Of a DNA stretch of 64,000 nt, positions 51,751 to 64,000 are shown in pieces. The translations under genes were made by a program, and so were the position numbers. The DNA is taken from the NCBI GenBank assembly GCA_013239625.1, contig MU053594.1:2670127-2734126 (forward strand), in the 5' to 3' direction. The notes under the pieces are model-generated. The model had not been told where the DNA came from and did no database searches. It saw only the letters and a program-made list of their open reading frames with translations. Numbering within the stretch: position 1 is the stretch's first letter; the number at the start of each line of letters is the position of its first letter. Source of the stretch: Lama guanicoe. Its lineage: Eukaryota.

Positions 51751-53427
51751 AATAAATGTGTCTGCCAAACTGAGAGCCTCCGTTGATGTCTTTGGGTATT
51801 TCTCAGCTTTCGATCAGAAAGCCAGGTGGCCTTTTTTTCCCCTTCAGAAAGCTCCTGGGGAGGTGATCCATCTGCCTGGGGAGAGCAGGGTAGAGGGCAG
51901 GGCCTCTGGCACAAAGGACTTGAAAGGACAGCCAAGGGCTGTACTGGGAGGTTAAAGGTATCTCCAAGAACATAGTGGAACAGGAGAATGAGCTCTAGTT
52001 TGTGTCCAGAAGAACTTAGAGACCGAGTCCAGAGGGTGAGGGAAAGTTGATACTGGTGCTTGCTGCAGTCACGGCCAGGGCGCTGTGGGGATTCAGGGCT
52101 GGAGGGATGGATGTCCCTCTATGGAATGAGCTTGATCCCTCCCATCGTGTTCCAGGAAGAGGTGACCACAGATGCGCACAAGCCAATTGAATGGAATTTA
52201 ATTTAAAGGAAGAAATACTGTTTAACATCTGCTGTGAGCAAAGCCCTGACCTTAGGGTACAGACTTCTGCTCTAAAATGGAGGACACAGAGGTGCTGTTC
52301 ACAAGAAATCCTAAAGCAGAATAAGGTGTGAGCTGTTTGAGAGGCAGGTCAAGCTATGGTAAGTCGAAATAGAGGTTACACCCAGGTAGCAACATCAGGG
52401 AAGGCTTTCTGGACAGAGGTCAGGAGTTTAGAGGGGCGCCTCAGTCCTAAAGAAGGTGTTATCTTCACCCACACATCTCCCCATGCCAAGCCCCAGGCAG
52501 CAATTTAGAAGCCCCCACCCACCCACCCATGGCCCTCATAGAGCTGAAGGATCCACCTGCTACCCTCACAGATCCGTGCATCACCCTCACATCAGTCCTA
52601 CGTCTATAGGCTGGTCAGAGTCAGGTAGAGGATTTGGACCATCTATCTTCTCCAAACTGCAGTTCAGGGGCTCAGTTCAAATTAAGAGCATCTCGTGTCC
52701 CCGGCAAGATCAAGCTGGGATCCAGTGTGACTGTTTAAGCTGGGACCCAGTGTGACTTCTCTGGATTGAGATATGCCTGGGGCTTTGTTCGTTGCTGAAG
52801 AAAGAGGAGAGGGATTTCATGAGGGAGAGGATGAGAGAAAGAGAAAAGGAGTGATTGGTTGTGACAGGGTTTCTGTTCTTTTGGATCTCTGGGTCCTGAG
52901 GGAGTGGCTGTAAGTCTGAAGGAGGAGGCATTCCAGACTAAAGGTGAGCGATCTGCCTTCTGAGAGGTTGTGGGTCTCTGGACTAAGGCAGGAGGGTTCC
53001 AAGGGAAGTGAGTACCTCAGGGCTGAGAAGTCAGCTCTCCTCCCAGGCCCCCACGCTCCCTGAGTCATTAACCTGAGGGCAGCTTTGCTGCCTGACAGCC
53101 CAGGGCCGTGAGCACCAAAGGAGGGTATTTCTGAGAAAGTGTGTCCTCCCGAAAGGTATCAGAGACGGCAGCTGGACCACACCCCTGAGAACTCGGGAAT
53201 GAGGGGAAGACTGGAGGAGGGAGGAGGTGGGGAGCCTGCAGGCTGCATCCAGGGCTACAAGCCATCAGGATTTGGGCATTAGTGTCAACACAAACTCACT
53301 TGTACCTTCCCTTTCCCGAAGCCTGGGAACAATTTAGCTGCCCAAGGAATGGTGTATGATGTTCTCCTAAAGTAAGTTGAAGTTAACAAGGGCCCAATGC
53401 TAGTGCAGAAAAGGAACTCAAAACTTC

Positions 53428-54247
53428 TCCTAAATATATAGTAACATGTCGTCAGCATATAGTGACACTTTTACCTCTTCTTTTCCAATTTGGATCCCTT
53501 TTATTTCTCTCTCTTGCCTGATTGCTGTGGCTAGGACTTCCAGGACTATGTTGAATAGGAGTGGTGATAGTGGGCATCCTTGTCTTGCCCCAGATTTCAG
53601 TGGGAAGCTTTTGAGTTTTTCACNNNNNNNNNNNNNNNNNNNNNNNNNNNNNNNNNNNNNNNNNNNNNNNNNNNGGTACGTTCCTACCCACTTTGGTGAG
53701 AGTTTTTATCATAAATGAGTGTTGAATTTTATCAAATGCTTTTTCTGCATCGATTGAGATGATCATGTGGTTTTTGTTCTTTCTCTTGTTGATGTGATGT
53801 ATTACATTGATTGATTTGCGTATGTTGAACCAGTCTTGTGTCCCTGGCATGAACCCCACTTGGTCATGATGTATAATCTTTTTTATGTGCTGTTGGATTC
53901 TATTTGCTAATATTTTGGTGAGGATTCTTGCATCTATGTTCATCAATGATATTGGCCTATAATTCTCTTTTTTGGTAGTGTCTGTGCCTGGTTTTGGTAT
54001 CAGGGTGATGGTGGCTTCATAGAATGAGTTTGGGAGTATTCCCTCCTTTTCAATCTTCTGGAAGATTTTGAGAAGGATTGGTATGAGTTCTTCGTATGTT
54101 TGGTAGACTTCCCCAGTGAAGCTGTCTGGTCCTGGACCTTTATTTGTAGGGAGGGTTTTTATTGCTAATTTGATTTCATTTCTAGCGATCAGTTTGTTCA
54201 AGTGGTCAGTTTCTTCTTGGTTCAGTCTTGGTGGACTGAACGTTTCC
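53428..54247 (-). pseudogene. Young L1 ORF2 internal fragment (reverse transcriptase N-half including YADD)
   Basis: ORF 53620-54270 contains [10 protein letters not shown]…[16 protein letters not shown]…[12 protein letters not shown]…DQVGF…[14 protein letters not shown]. Beyond the gap the minus strand reads [19 protein letters not shown]…SLYADDML. Confidence 0.95.
53624..53674. other. Assembly gap (51 N)
   Basis: Run of N inside the L1 fragment. Confidence 1.
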
Positions 54248-56244
54248 AGGTAATAAAGACACTCAGCCACTTTGGATGAAACCTCTCAGCCCAAGCTCAA
54301 ATTGCATGTTAGGATCCCACATCCTATCCTCCTGTGCCATTCACTAGGGTCTGTGAAAACCCCACACTTAGAAATGGATTCTTTGGTAAGAACTTTAGGG
54401 GAAGCTAGCATTGCTTTAATTGAATGAAAGAAAGTCCCATTACACAGTGTTTCTTATCAATTATATTTTGGACCTGGAATGTGGCAGATGTCTAATATTT
54501 ATTCATTTGGTTTGATTTAATGTGATAATCTAGGGCATATTTAATTTCAAAAAATTATATTAAGCCTGGTTTGCATTTGCTATACCCATGAAGACAAGAG
54601 ACATTATTCTCCCTAAATGCTTTCTACCTCTCCAGCCTTCAAACCATGAAGGGACCCTCTTGCCTGTTTACCTACATGAGGCCCCCTTGAGTCTCCCATA
54701 AAGGCTTGTACAGACGTGTCAGGAAGGAGAGGGAAAAGGCAGGAGACATCCCTTGGTGCCCGACCTCATTTTCGTAAGCGCCCCTACTCCCTTCTCCTTT
54801 TCCTCTTCCACTATACTCCCTCTGAACCAGAAAACTACAAAATGGAAACCCTTTACTTCCCCAGGGTTTTTTTCCAAATTTCTCACTTGGTAAAGGCCAT
54901 ATTTTTTTTTTTTTGTATGACTTCCCATCTGCAAAGACAAACTCAATCCAAGATGAATTAACACAGGCTGTTCATTCATAAACTTGCAGCAAGGGAACCC
55001 ATCTGCCATCACTTTCATTTCGGCAGGAGTTCAAAGGTGTTAGAAAAGAGAGTAAGTTTTGTAGAAGAAAAAGAATTACAGGGATAAGGTTCTGATTGCC
55101 AGGTTTTCCGCTAAGGTGGGATCTGAAAGGGAGGGAGATTTCTTAACTGGCCTTCAGTTGTCCTTGGTCAGCTGCAAAGGGGCAAGAGGACAGTTTGGAG
55201 ACATTTCAAAAAAGGAATGGTGGTTCAGTGTTGGCACAAAGGGTGCACTGGAAAAATGGCCAGTGTCTTCAGCCGGCCATTTCCTGGAACACGTTGAGGC
55301 TGATGGGTGCTCTTTTATGGTCCTTATGAGAGGCTGACCACCATGACCGGAAGTTACTCACATCAACAGCCCGTAATGGTAAAATGCTTTTAAAAAAATC
55401 TTTTGTTGGAAGACAATTAACTGACATCTTGATTCTAACTGATGCCAGTAATAATAAGTGGATGATGTGTTCATTACAAAAAGTTTATACTTCCTTTTAA
55501 ATGTCCCACCCTACTTGGCTACGTCAAGTCCCTGGGTGGCCTGGAGCAGGCAAACGTATCTTGTGACAGTCCTCCCTGCTTGTCATCTGCAGCTCGGGCT
55601 CTGGAATGTGGCCCCCTCACCTCCTATGCATCTATCTGCTCTCCTCCTGCTCCTGGAGACTGGCTTCTCTCTGGCCTCAGTTATTTTCCCCTGAAGCCCT
55701 GCCTCCTTCGTTAGGCTCGTTCCTACGGAGGGATAGTGGAGAACAGACTGCAAGTCTTTTTTAAAGCTCTGCTTAAAGCCAGGGATGGCAGGAAAAAAAA
55801 AGACAAAACAGACTATTGTTTGGAGTCGTAGGACCAGGAGGCCCTGATGGGGCTCTTTCTGACTCCCTCCCAGATGACCGCTGTCTGGGAGGGGTCATTT
55901 TCTTCTCTCCAGGGAGGATGCCCTACAGCATGTCTCCTGAGGAAAAGCCCAAGGCCAACCAGGATAGGCCTCCCACCTCCACAGAGGAAGTGCCCCCTTG
56001 CTCTCTGCGCCTACTTCCACAGTCTTGGCTTCCTGTCCCCGTCCCAGGATTGTCCTCAACCTCATCCAAGAAAAGATGGCAGTGGTGATGCTAATTCCCC
56101 ACAGGGAAAGCTCCGCCCCTTCCCGCAGGGGCATGGTCTTACCCCCTGGTGTCCATCAAGACAGGTTAAATAAGAACACAGCAGTTTGGATTTAGTACAT
56201 CCATTAAGAATGACCAAGGGCTTGTCCTCAACCAGGGTACCACA

Positions 56245-56460
56245 CTGTAGGAGCTCTAATGTGCAAGGATTTTAAAAAAAAATGACAACATTATTTTGAA
56301 TGCTGCTAACAGGACTACAAGGTAGGTGTCATTAACCTCACATGTTACAGATGAGGAAACCGAGGTCCAAAGAGGATAAGTAACAGTCACTCAAGTGGAA
56401 AGAAGTGCAGTAAGAATTTGAACTCAACTCTTTCTGCTCCTAAAGCCTCTGTTCTTTTCG
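56245..56460 (-). mobile_element. MIR SINE remnant
   Basis: GGTAGGTGTCATT…TTACAGATGAGGAAACCGAGG…AGAATTTGAACTC…CTCCTAAAGCC. Confidence 0.8.
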
Positions 56461-58074
56461 CATGGCTAAGGGCAATGCCAGATGTGATTTGAAATAGCCA
56501 TTGTCTGTCTCTCCTGGTTATCTGCCAGTTGCTCCACTGTCTGAGTCCTTTTGCTGTGGACTCTACAATAACACGATTCTCTTTCTAGCAATATCTATCT
56601 TACCCTCCCTGGTAAGGGTCAGAAGCCTCCTTCTCTTCTCTCCACTTTCACCTCCAATCTTCTTAATTCTCTTCCTCTCTCCTCTCCCGTGCCCTCCTTC
56701 ATCTCCTAAATTTAGAGCAACATTGTGTTTTCCTAACAATTGCAAACTTTCCTTATGAGAAGTGACTGGCAGTGTGATTAGGGGTGGGTCCTTTGTCTTT
56801 TCCTAAGAGCACTTTTGCTTTCCAAGGGGACCAATGTGGGTGTGACTGAGCCCAGATTTCTGGTACAGTCTCATTTCTTTTAAAAATGTCAGAGTTCAAG
56901 GGCTGTGTCCATATAAATCCTGAAACTACGAGCACAAGTTTCAGGTCCTTGGAGAAGAAAAGTTGCCTAATTGGGTGGCCAGCTTCCAAAATTTCCCTTG
57001 GTAATCCTTCCTCATGACTGTTCCTCTTTTACCAAATAGTTTCCAGAAGAGTTTAGAAATTGCCTTCCAAGGTGTCAGAGCACCTACCACAAAACACACT
57101 CTATTAGCAAAACTATCTGAAACAAATTGTTACTGGAAGCAGTGAGTGTAGGGCTTGTATCCAAACGTTCGGAATGTGCTTACTAATGGTGGCCCTTTAA
57201 AGCAGTGCAGGAACATAATAGCTTTATACATCTTTCAGAGTTTTTTTTTTTTAATCAACTCAAGGACTCCTTGTACAAGCAAAATGAAGCAAAGAACTGA
57301 AAAAAAAAAAAGTCTAGATAATGTAGGTTAAAAAACTTACTAGGGAAATAGGAAAGGAAAACAGCCTCGCCTAGACCAGCTCTCAATATAGATCAAATTC
57401 CAAGATGATAGCTCCGATTTCCCTATCCTGTTAAATTGAGCAAATCGCTTAACACTTCTGTGTCCTCCATAACTTCTTCCTTCACTCTGCCTGTACAGAC
57501 ATCATTTACAACTCAGTGGTTCTTGACAAATTTTTTGAAGAGGAAGCTCCCATTTCCTCCCAGGGTTTGCAAGCCCTGCTCCAGTTTTCTTCCTTTGACA
57601 TCCTGGGAAATAGATGGAGGAGAGAGTGTTTCCATCTTCGTTTCCAGAGTAGTCACACTGATTCTGGCCCCCTGTCAACTTGGCTTATTCTGCTTCAAGT
57701 TGTGGCCTTGAAAGTTTCAGAAATGAGGAAGCAAGGAAGGTCATACCTAGAGCAAGTAAGGGAATTCAGTGGTTTGTAAGGATTATTATCATTGGTTCTC
57801 TGAGTATTACCTCTGGGCCAGTGGGTGACTTTTGGTTTTACACACAAGTATTTGTATATTCCTTGGACATAAAGAAACTAATCCATTTGCCCAGATACCC
57901 TCCAGTCAGACCTCTGGAGTTTTACATTTGCAGAGACAAGTCTTACTTGCAACAATGTATATCTTACAAGGAAAAACAAAATGCCTGGATTATAAAACAC
58001 TCCCACCATAAAGGCAAGTAGAACCAAGCTTAAATGAAGCCAGCGGAAATGAAATTCCACCTCTAAAACCTGAC

Positions 58075-58445
58075 CCCTAATTAGTTAAAGAGATCAACAA
58101 GGTTTCTGGATATAAGGTCAACTCACAAAAGATCAATAGCATTTCTCTACAGCAGCAAAATACAGCTCCAAATACATTCAGAATCAGATAAAAGTTATAA
58201 AATATAGAGTACTTAGCAAAGAATGTCTAAAACTTCACTATTTGTTAAAGGATTGAAAAAATTCTGATTATATGGAGAGACTGTTCATTCTCTTGGATGG
58301 GATGACGTAGTTTTATAAAAAAAAAAGGTCAATTCTTGCCAAAATTAATCTAAAAATTGAATATAAATTTAATGCAATACCAATCAAAAGTCCAGCTAGA
58401 TTGTTTTTTGATGAATGTAATAAAGTTATTTTTAAATGCATGTGG
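58075..58445 (+). mobile_element. Ancient L1M ORF2 fragment
   Basis: CAAGGTTTCTGGATATAAGGTCAAC…AATAGCATTTCT…CATTCTCTTGGATGGG…AATGCAATACCAATCAAAA. Confidence 0.75.
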
Positions 58446-58447
58446 AG

Positions 58448-60290
58448 TGATGTCAGAGATGACAGGTTAGGAGGTACCAGACTTGGTTCTCCCTACAAAA
58501 ACAATTTAATAATTATCCACCAATGAAATTGTTCTGGGAGAGCTCCAGCTTGTAATTAAGAAGCTGCAGCCACTCCATGGAGCTTAAAAATCAAAGATGA
58601 CCACATAGAAAAGTGCAGAAAGCATTTTACCTGTTTCACTTCATCCTCCAATCTGACACAGCTTGGCACCAAGAGGAATTGCCTCAGAAATCCCCTACCA
58701 CCTCCAGTGAAAAGGAAAGCGGGAGGACCTCAGGAACCCTTGACATCACCGGGGACACCGCTAGCTTTTGCCACTGAGGACCTCTGATGCTGAGTCCAGC
58801 TTAACAACGCTGCTCGAAGTCCATGCCTCTACACCACCTGGAGTAGAAGCACGCCTCCCCCTCACCATCGTCACCTTCACACATGCAGCAAGGATGCCCA
58901 CTTTCGTCAATTCAATTCAAGGTACTATTGCAAGTCCTAGACAGAGCAATTAGACAAGAAAAATTAATTAAATGCATCCAAGTTGGAATGAGGTAAAATC
59001 ATCTCTATTTGCAAATAACATGATATTATTTATGAAGTCTCCTAAAGACTCCACCAAAAAACTGTGAGAACTAATAAACATATTCAGTAAAGTTTCAGAA
59101 TATAAAATCAACATACAAAAGTCAGCTGCATATCCACACATGAACATGAAATATTTGAGAAGAAAATTAAGAAAACAATTCCATCCACAAAAGCAATAAA
59201 AAGAACAAACTACTTAGGAATAAATTTTACCAATGAGGCGAAAGGCTTGTACATTGAAAACTGTAAAACATTGAAGGAAATTAAAGAAGACACAGATAAA
59301 TGGAAAAACATCTTGTGTCCATAACTGGAAGAATTACGTTCAATCCAAGAGCACAAGGCATCTTTCCATTTCTTTGTAACAGCTTCATTTTCCTTCATCA
59401 ATATTTTATAATTTTCAGAGTATAGGTAACTTCCTTGGTTGTTTATTTCTAGGTATTTTGTTCTTTTTGATGTAATGGAAATGTTTATGCCAGTTATAAA
59501 ATTCTGGTTTTTGAAGTGGGAAAAAAAAGTGAATGAAGGGCTGCAAATGGCAAAATATCCTTCCTTCTTATGGGTGAGTTGTATTCCATTACACATATAT
59601 GCTGCATCTTCTTTATATATTCATCTATTGATGTGCACTTATGATGCTACCATATCTTGGCAATTATAAATGATGTTGCTGTTAGTGGCGGGGTGTATGT
59701 ATCTTTTTTAATTAACTATTTTTTTGTGGTTGGCTTTATTCCTTTGATAACTATGTAAGTTTAAAAAGCTAAAGCTCTAAATGTTCTTAAAAACAATGAA
59801 CAGTGTATATACATAAGTTTAAAAAATATGTGCAGTATATTGTGTATATGTATTTATATGCAATACATTGTATATGTGCAGTGAAATTGTAACAATTCTA
59901 CCTAATAAAACCGAAAAATGAAAAAAAAGAATTAATATTGTGAAAATGTCCGTACCACCCAGAATGATCTACAGATACAATGAAATTTATATCAAATTTT
60001 TAATGACCTTTTTTTCAGAAAAAAAAAAATGTAAAATTTACATGGAATCACAAAAGACCCCAAATAGTCAAACAATCTTGATCAAGAAGAACAAAGCTGG
60101 AGGCATCACATTTCCTGATTTCAAAATACACAATACAAAGCTACAGTAATCAAAAGAATATGGTAGTGACATAAAAACAGTCATAAAGACCAGTAGAAAA
60201 CCTAGAAATAAATCCACACATCTACAGTCAACTGATCTTTGACAAGGGTGCCAAAAACACACAATGGGGAAAGGATAGTGTCCCACTGGT
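58448..60290 (+). mobile_element. Old L1 (5' UTR-like segment joined to ORF2 RT/post-RT sequence), interrupted by an insert at 59337-59926
   Basis: ~58885 GCAAGGATGCCCACT (RQGCPL-like)…AATTAGACAAGAA…ATCAACATACAAAAGTC; resumes at 59927 AAGAATTAATATTGTGAAAATGTCC…AAGAACAAAGCTGGAGGCATCACA…GATCTTTGACAAGGGTGCCAA. The 5' UTR assignment for 58448-58880 is less certain. Confidence 0.8.
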
Positions 60291-61034
60291 TGGGAATGAT
60301 TTTGACTAATGATTCTCACATTTTGTTCCAAAGTATGATTGTTCTAAATTTGGGGGTTGAAAAGTGATAAAGGAAATGCCTGGACATAAAATTTTAATAA
60401 TCTGCACTTGGAGCTAACTTGGCTAATTCTGAGTGATTGAGAATAATGAACCCTAAATACTATTTGACAATGATCATTTTTCCTAGTTTTACTGGCCTGG
60501 AAGGTGGATTTATTTTACTTTAAATATTATTGATTATAGATGTGTTATGGGATTGTCTAGAGCCTAAAGACTAAATGGGTTTTTAAAAAAAATGATTTTG
60601 AGTAGATGGAAGACATAATCAAATAGGCAATTTAGGGGGAGAAATCAACAAATACCAAAACTTTTAGTGGGCCAAGTACATATAGTGTCGCTTGGAAGGC
60701 AGCCTTTGATTTCTGTCCTATGTCATCCTTGTTAGCACCTGTCTCTGAGATATGCTGGGTGCCTGGGTGTTCTGACACTCAGACACTGTAATGGTTTCCA
60801 AGGAGATGTGATAACACACTGTCAAAGTTGCATGGGATTCAGGCTTCTTTAGTAAGCAATGCTGAGTCATCTCCTCCGTAAGCTGGGTTGATGCCTCAGT
60901 TTGGGGGGAAAAAAGACTTGTTATAACAAACTGAATTTATTTACAAATTGAGAAGGCTCTGTGTCTGGGCTATATCTGATTGAGGGCTGTCAGTATGTCA
61001 GAGGCCAGGTGTCCCTGTGCCTTCCCACCCGGGA

Positions 61035-61491
61035 GTGTTAGTGCCTAGAGAATGTTTCAAGTAGAGTTGTCCTTGTCACAGCTTTGGATTTTCTCAGCCC
61101 CTCTTCTTCCTCCAGCCCTGATGTGGTAACCACTTCCGGGCAGGCTTCAAGAAGCTTTGTGCAGGTTCCAACCGAAAGCACCTTCCCTGCGTCCTCCCAT
61201 CCTTGCTATCTTCCCCAGAGCTTCTCTAGAAGTGTGGAGACCCATGGGACAGAAGTTAATGGGCAGTTGCTATCCCCTTTCATTTCCTGGGTGATTGTAT
61301 TTTCCTTGGAATGTCCCACTGGATTAAGCATAATGGCAGCCAATTCAATATCCATCTTTCTATTGACTTCCCTCCTTCCCTGTTTTGCTTCTTTATGTCT
61401 CCCTCCTCCTCCCTGGGACCCCTTTCTAAGTCAGCCACCTGCACACAAGCATCTGTCAGGCTTTGCTCTGGGGAGAGACCAGGCTATGACA
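61035..61491 (+). mobile_element. ERVL solo LTR (LTR16-like)
   Basis: …CTTCCCTCCTTCCCTGTTT…CCTCCCTGGGACCCC…CACCTGCACACAAGCATCTGTCAGGCTTTGCTCTGGGGAGAGACCAGGCTATGACA 3' terminus. Confidence 0.7.
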
Positions 61492-62479
61492 GGCCCCAGA
61501 ATTGCCGTCTAAAATCAGCCTACTCATTTTTCCAGGTCCCTAAACTCAGTCAGATTTTCTCTCCTTCAGACTTAAAGTTCAGGGAAGGATTAGAATCATT
61601 CTGCTTTCTCACATATATTCAGACATTTGCATTTACACACAAAATTTCACTTTCTAGGTGAAAAGTGGGAAAAAAAGCAAGTCCTTGTTGTTTTTTAAAC
61701 AAGAAAAGCTAATAAAACCAAATCAACTTTCTATTGAGTAAAAAACTTCCCTTTTACTTGAATTGATTATTGATTGATACTGATTAAAAACTACATTACT
61801 GCTTTACTTTCTGTGTTCCCCTTAAAATTTCTCTAGGTAAAACAAATTTTAGAAGATATTAACAGCTCCAAGTATTGTCTGAGAAATTATAAGAGGCTCA
61901 ATGCTAAAACACATTAAATGAGTTTTATTAGACACTCCTTCTGCTAAATTGGGCTGCCAACTGGATAAAGCATTATTTAGCCAAATATGACAAAGGCCTT
62001 GAATGCAAGATTTAAGGAAGATTATTTGACAGCGAACTACTAACATTATAAAGAGAAATTTTGCATTTACAGAAAAATTCGCTTTCCTATAAATGGCACT
62101 CTGTTTTCAGAGCTTGATTACCTTATTGGGTGTTTCAAGTTAAGTTCTTGTTATTTTGTAACTTCAATACAATCTTCCACTAGAATCTTCGGCCTACCTG
62201 GCAGATGTCTGGACAGTTAAGTTGGCTCACCCACCTCATGAGTAAGGTGATAGAGCTGAGAGTTAAGTGAACAGTAAAAATATTACTAAAACATTGAGAT
62301 CTCAGGATTTAGAAGACTAAGTAGTGAGGAAGCAGTGATTTGTGGGCCAGGATGAGAAAGAGGATTGTGTTAAAGAGATCATGGCCCTATTTATTACCAG
62401 ATTTCACTGCTGGTACATTTTGTCTGAAGACTTGCTGTCAATTACATTGCAAGGCACTAACTGGTCATGATACACATTT

Positions 62480-62885
62480 TAAGTGTGTAGCACTGTGCTA
62501 GGTCCTACAGAGACAGAAAGATAATAAATGTTCTCAGTCTTCAGAGAACTTGCAGGTAGGTTCAGAAAAAGTAATTAGGAAACGAGGTTAGAATCAAGGT
62601 CTAAACTACTTGGAGAGAGAGACTTCTCTATGAATTAACAGTGAGGATGCAGCAGGGCTGGGTAGAACTTGTCACCCAGGAAGACATTGCAGAAGACACA
62701 TGCACTGAACCATGAAATGGCACATTTGGGGCTGCTAGGAAAGTAAAGGAGGTTATTCCAGGCAGTGAGAAGAGCATGAACAAAGATATGAAACATCATT
62801 CGTTCAGCCATTTGTACCTGCTTTGTGTGTAGTGTCCCACCAGGTGCTGGGACTACAGTGATAAGTAAGACACACTCAGCCCCCA
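62480..62885 (-). mobile_element. L2 3' remnants
   Basis: GCACTGTGCTAGGTCC…AAAGATAATAAA…; CATTCGTTCAGCC…CAGGTGCTGGGACTACAGTGATAAGTAAGACA…GCCCTTGGAGCTT. Confidence 0.6.
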
Positions 62886-64000
62886 GCCCTTGGAGCTTGA
62901 AGCCTTGGGGGATTCGTGAGAGACCTTGGTCTGCAATGAGCCAAACTCCACGGGGATCACGTGGCTCTGAGGAGTCCCTTGAAAGACACAATAAAAGAGA
63001 TGTTGATAATTTTATGAGAAAACTTTTAAAATAACTTTTTTTATTTCTGAAATCCAAAAGGTTTGTGTCAGTTGAGGAAAAAAGTTATCTTTTATCACAG
63101 CTTATATTTCAAACTCTGAAATATAGGTTTCTTTCTCCGAAGAGCTAAGACGTTTAACTAGCAGACAGCTGTCTCTTTGATCAATACATTCACATTATTT
63201 TTCTTTTCTTTCCAGAAAAATAAATGAGGACAACATTATATTTTGATATGCAAGGCTTCTTACTTATTGCTTTCCTCATTAAGGCCCTCAACAGATGCTT
63301 ATTTCGGGCTATTAATAAAAGCCCCTTTCAGTAAAAGCCTGGCTTTAGGCTTTAGATAAATAGCAGTTTGGGAGACTTTCAAACAAATTTAATGCTCTAA
63401 TTCTCTCCGATTACTGTAATTTTTCAACCTGTCCTTTCAAATTGGAGATACAGTGAAATAATCGGATATAGAGTGATAAAGATTACTTTAAAATCTCATA
63501 GATTTTTTTTTATATTTTCTTTTTCTTATCATGTGTTGAACCAGACTTTGAACAAATACCTGGACATAATGGGATATCACTGGAAATAGCATCCAAACGC
63601 TACCTCTTCTCAGTGGAGGATTTAGTGGGACATCCACCAGCCTCCAAAAATGCCTGCATTGCTATTGCTCCATATTATCTATTCCAACGATAAGAGAGAA
63701 GCACAGAACTGACCTGGTGGTCGTCTTGTTGTGATGAATACGGTTTCTTTCTGAAGAGCAGAGAGAAGTAATTTGTGTGGATTGTGGCTTCTTGACTCCT
63801 GATTACATAACAGAAAAAGCCGTATGTGTGGAGAAGGAAATTGATTTAAAAGCAGTCAGTGGGCATAGCCAACATAAATTTGATGAATAAAATGAAAAGC
63901 GGCTCTGACGATGTCAAGGTACTTTTTTTTCAAATTGACAGCGCAAAGACCTTGGAGAAACTTCAATTTCATCTGCTCGGTGCAGACACCTGAGCCTTTG

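Noticed and set aside
1..64000. CRISPR-like or regularly spaced repeat array; prokaryotic or viral gene system
   Set aside because: No repeat with three or more regularly spaced copies was seen (the 34-bp repeat has no third copy at ±2900), and there is no gene-dense or foreign-looking segment.

Overview
This is mammalian, gene-poor (intergenic or deep intronic), repeat-rich DNA, most likely from a camelid (alpaca/llama/camel). That inference rests on four tRNA-derived SINEs of the GGGGAGGGTATAGCTCAGTGGTAGAG...GGTTCAATCCCCAG type and on a young L1 3' UTR (ATAGCACAGGGAAATATATACAAGATCTTATGGTAGCTCAC...) resembling camelid L1. I recognise no host protein-coding gene, rRNA, true tRNA, CpG island or CRISPR-like array. 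The only real protein homology is decayed LINE-1 ORF2: the endonuclease domain at ~31823-32640 and the RT domain with YADD at ~53428-54247. The rest is L1 fragments (several 5'-inverted, with TSDs), L2, MIR, MaLR/ERVL LTRs, MER5-like DNA transposon remnants, microsatellites and a 51-N assembly gap. The most unusual structures are: a ~1.5 kb doubly deleted 'mini-L1' that keeps only the 5' end, EN domain and 3' UTR; two local templated duplications (34 bp and ~107 bp); an orphan L1 RT fragment without a 3' end; and a polyadenylated chimeric insert that forms an inverted repeat with its target. I cannot support a genuinely new biological system. Repeat family names and old-repeat boundaries are by-eye recognitions and approximate.
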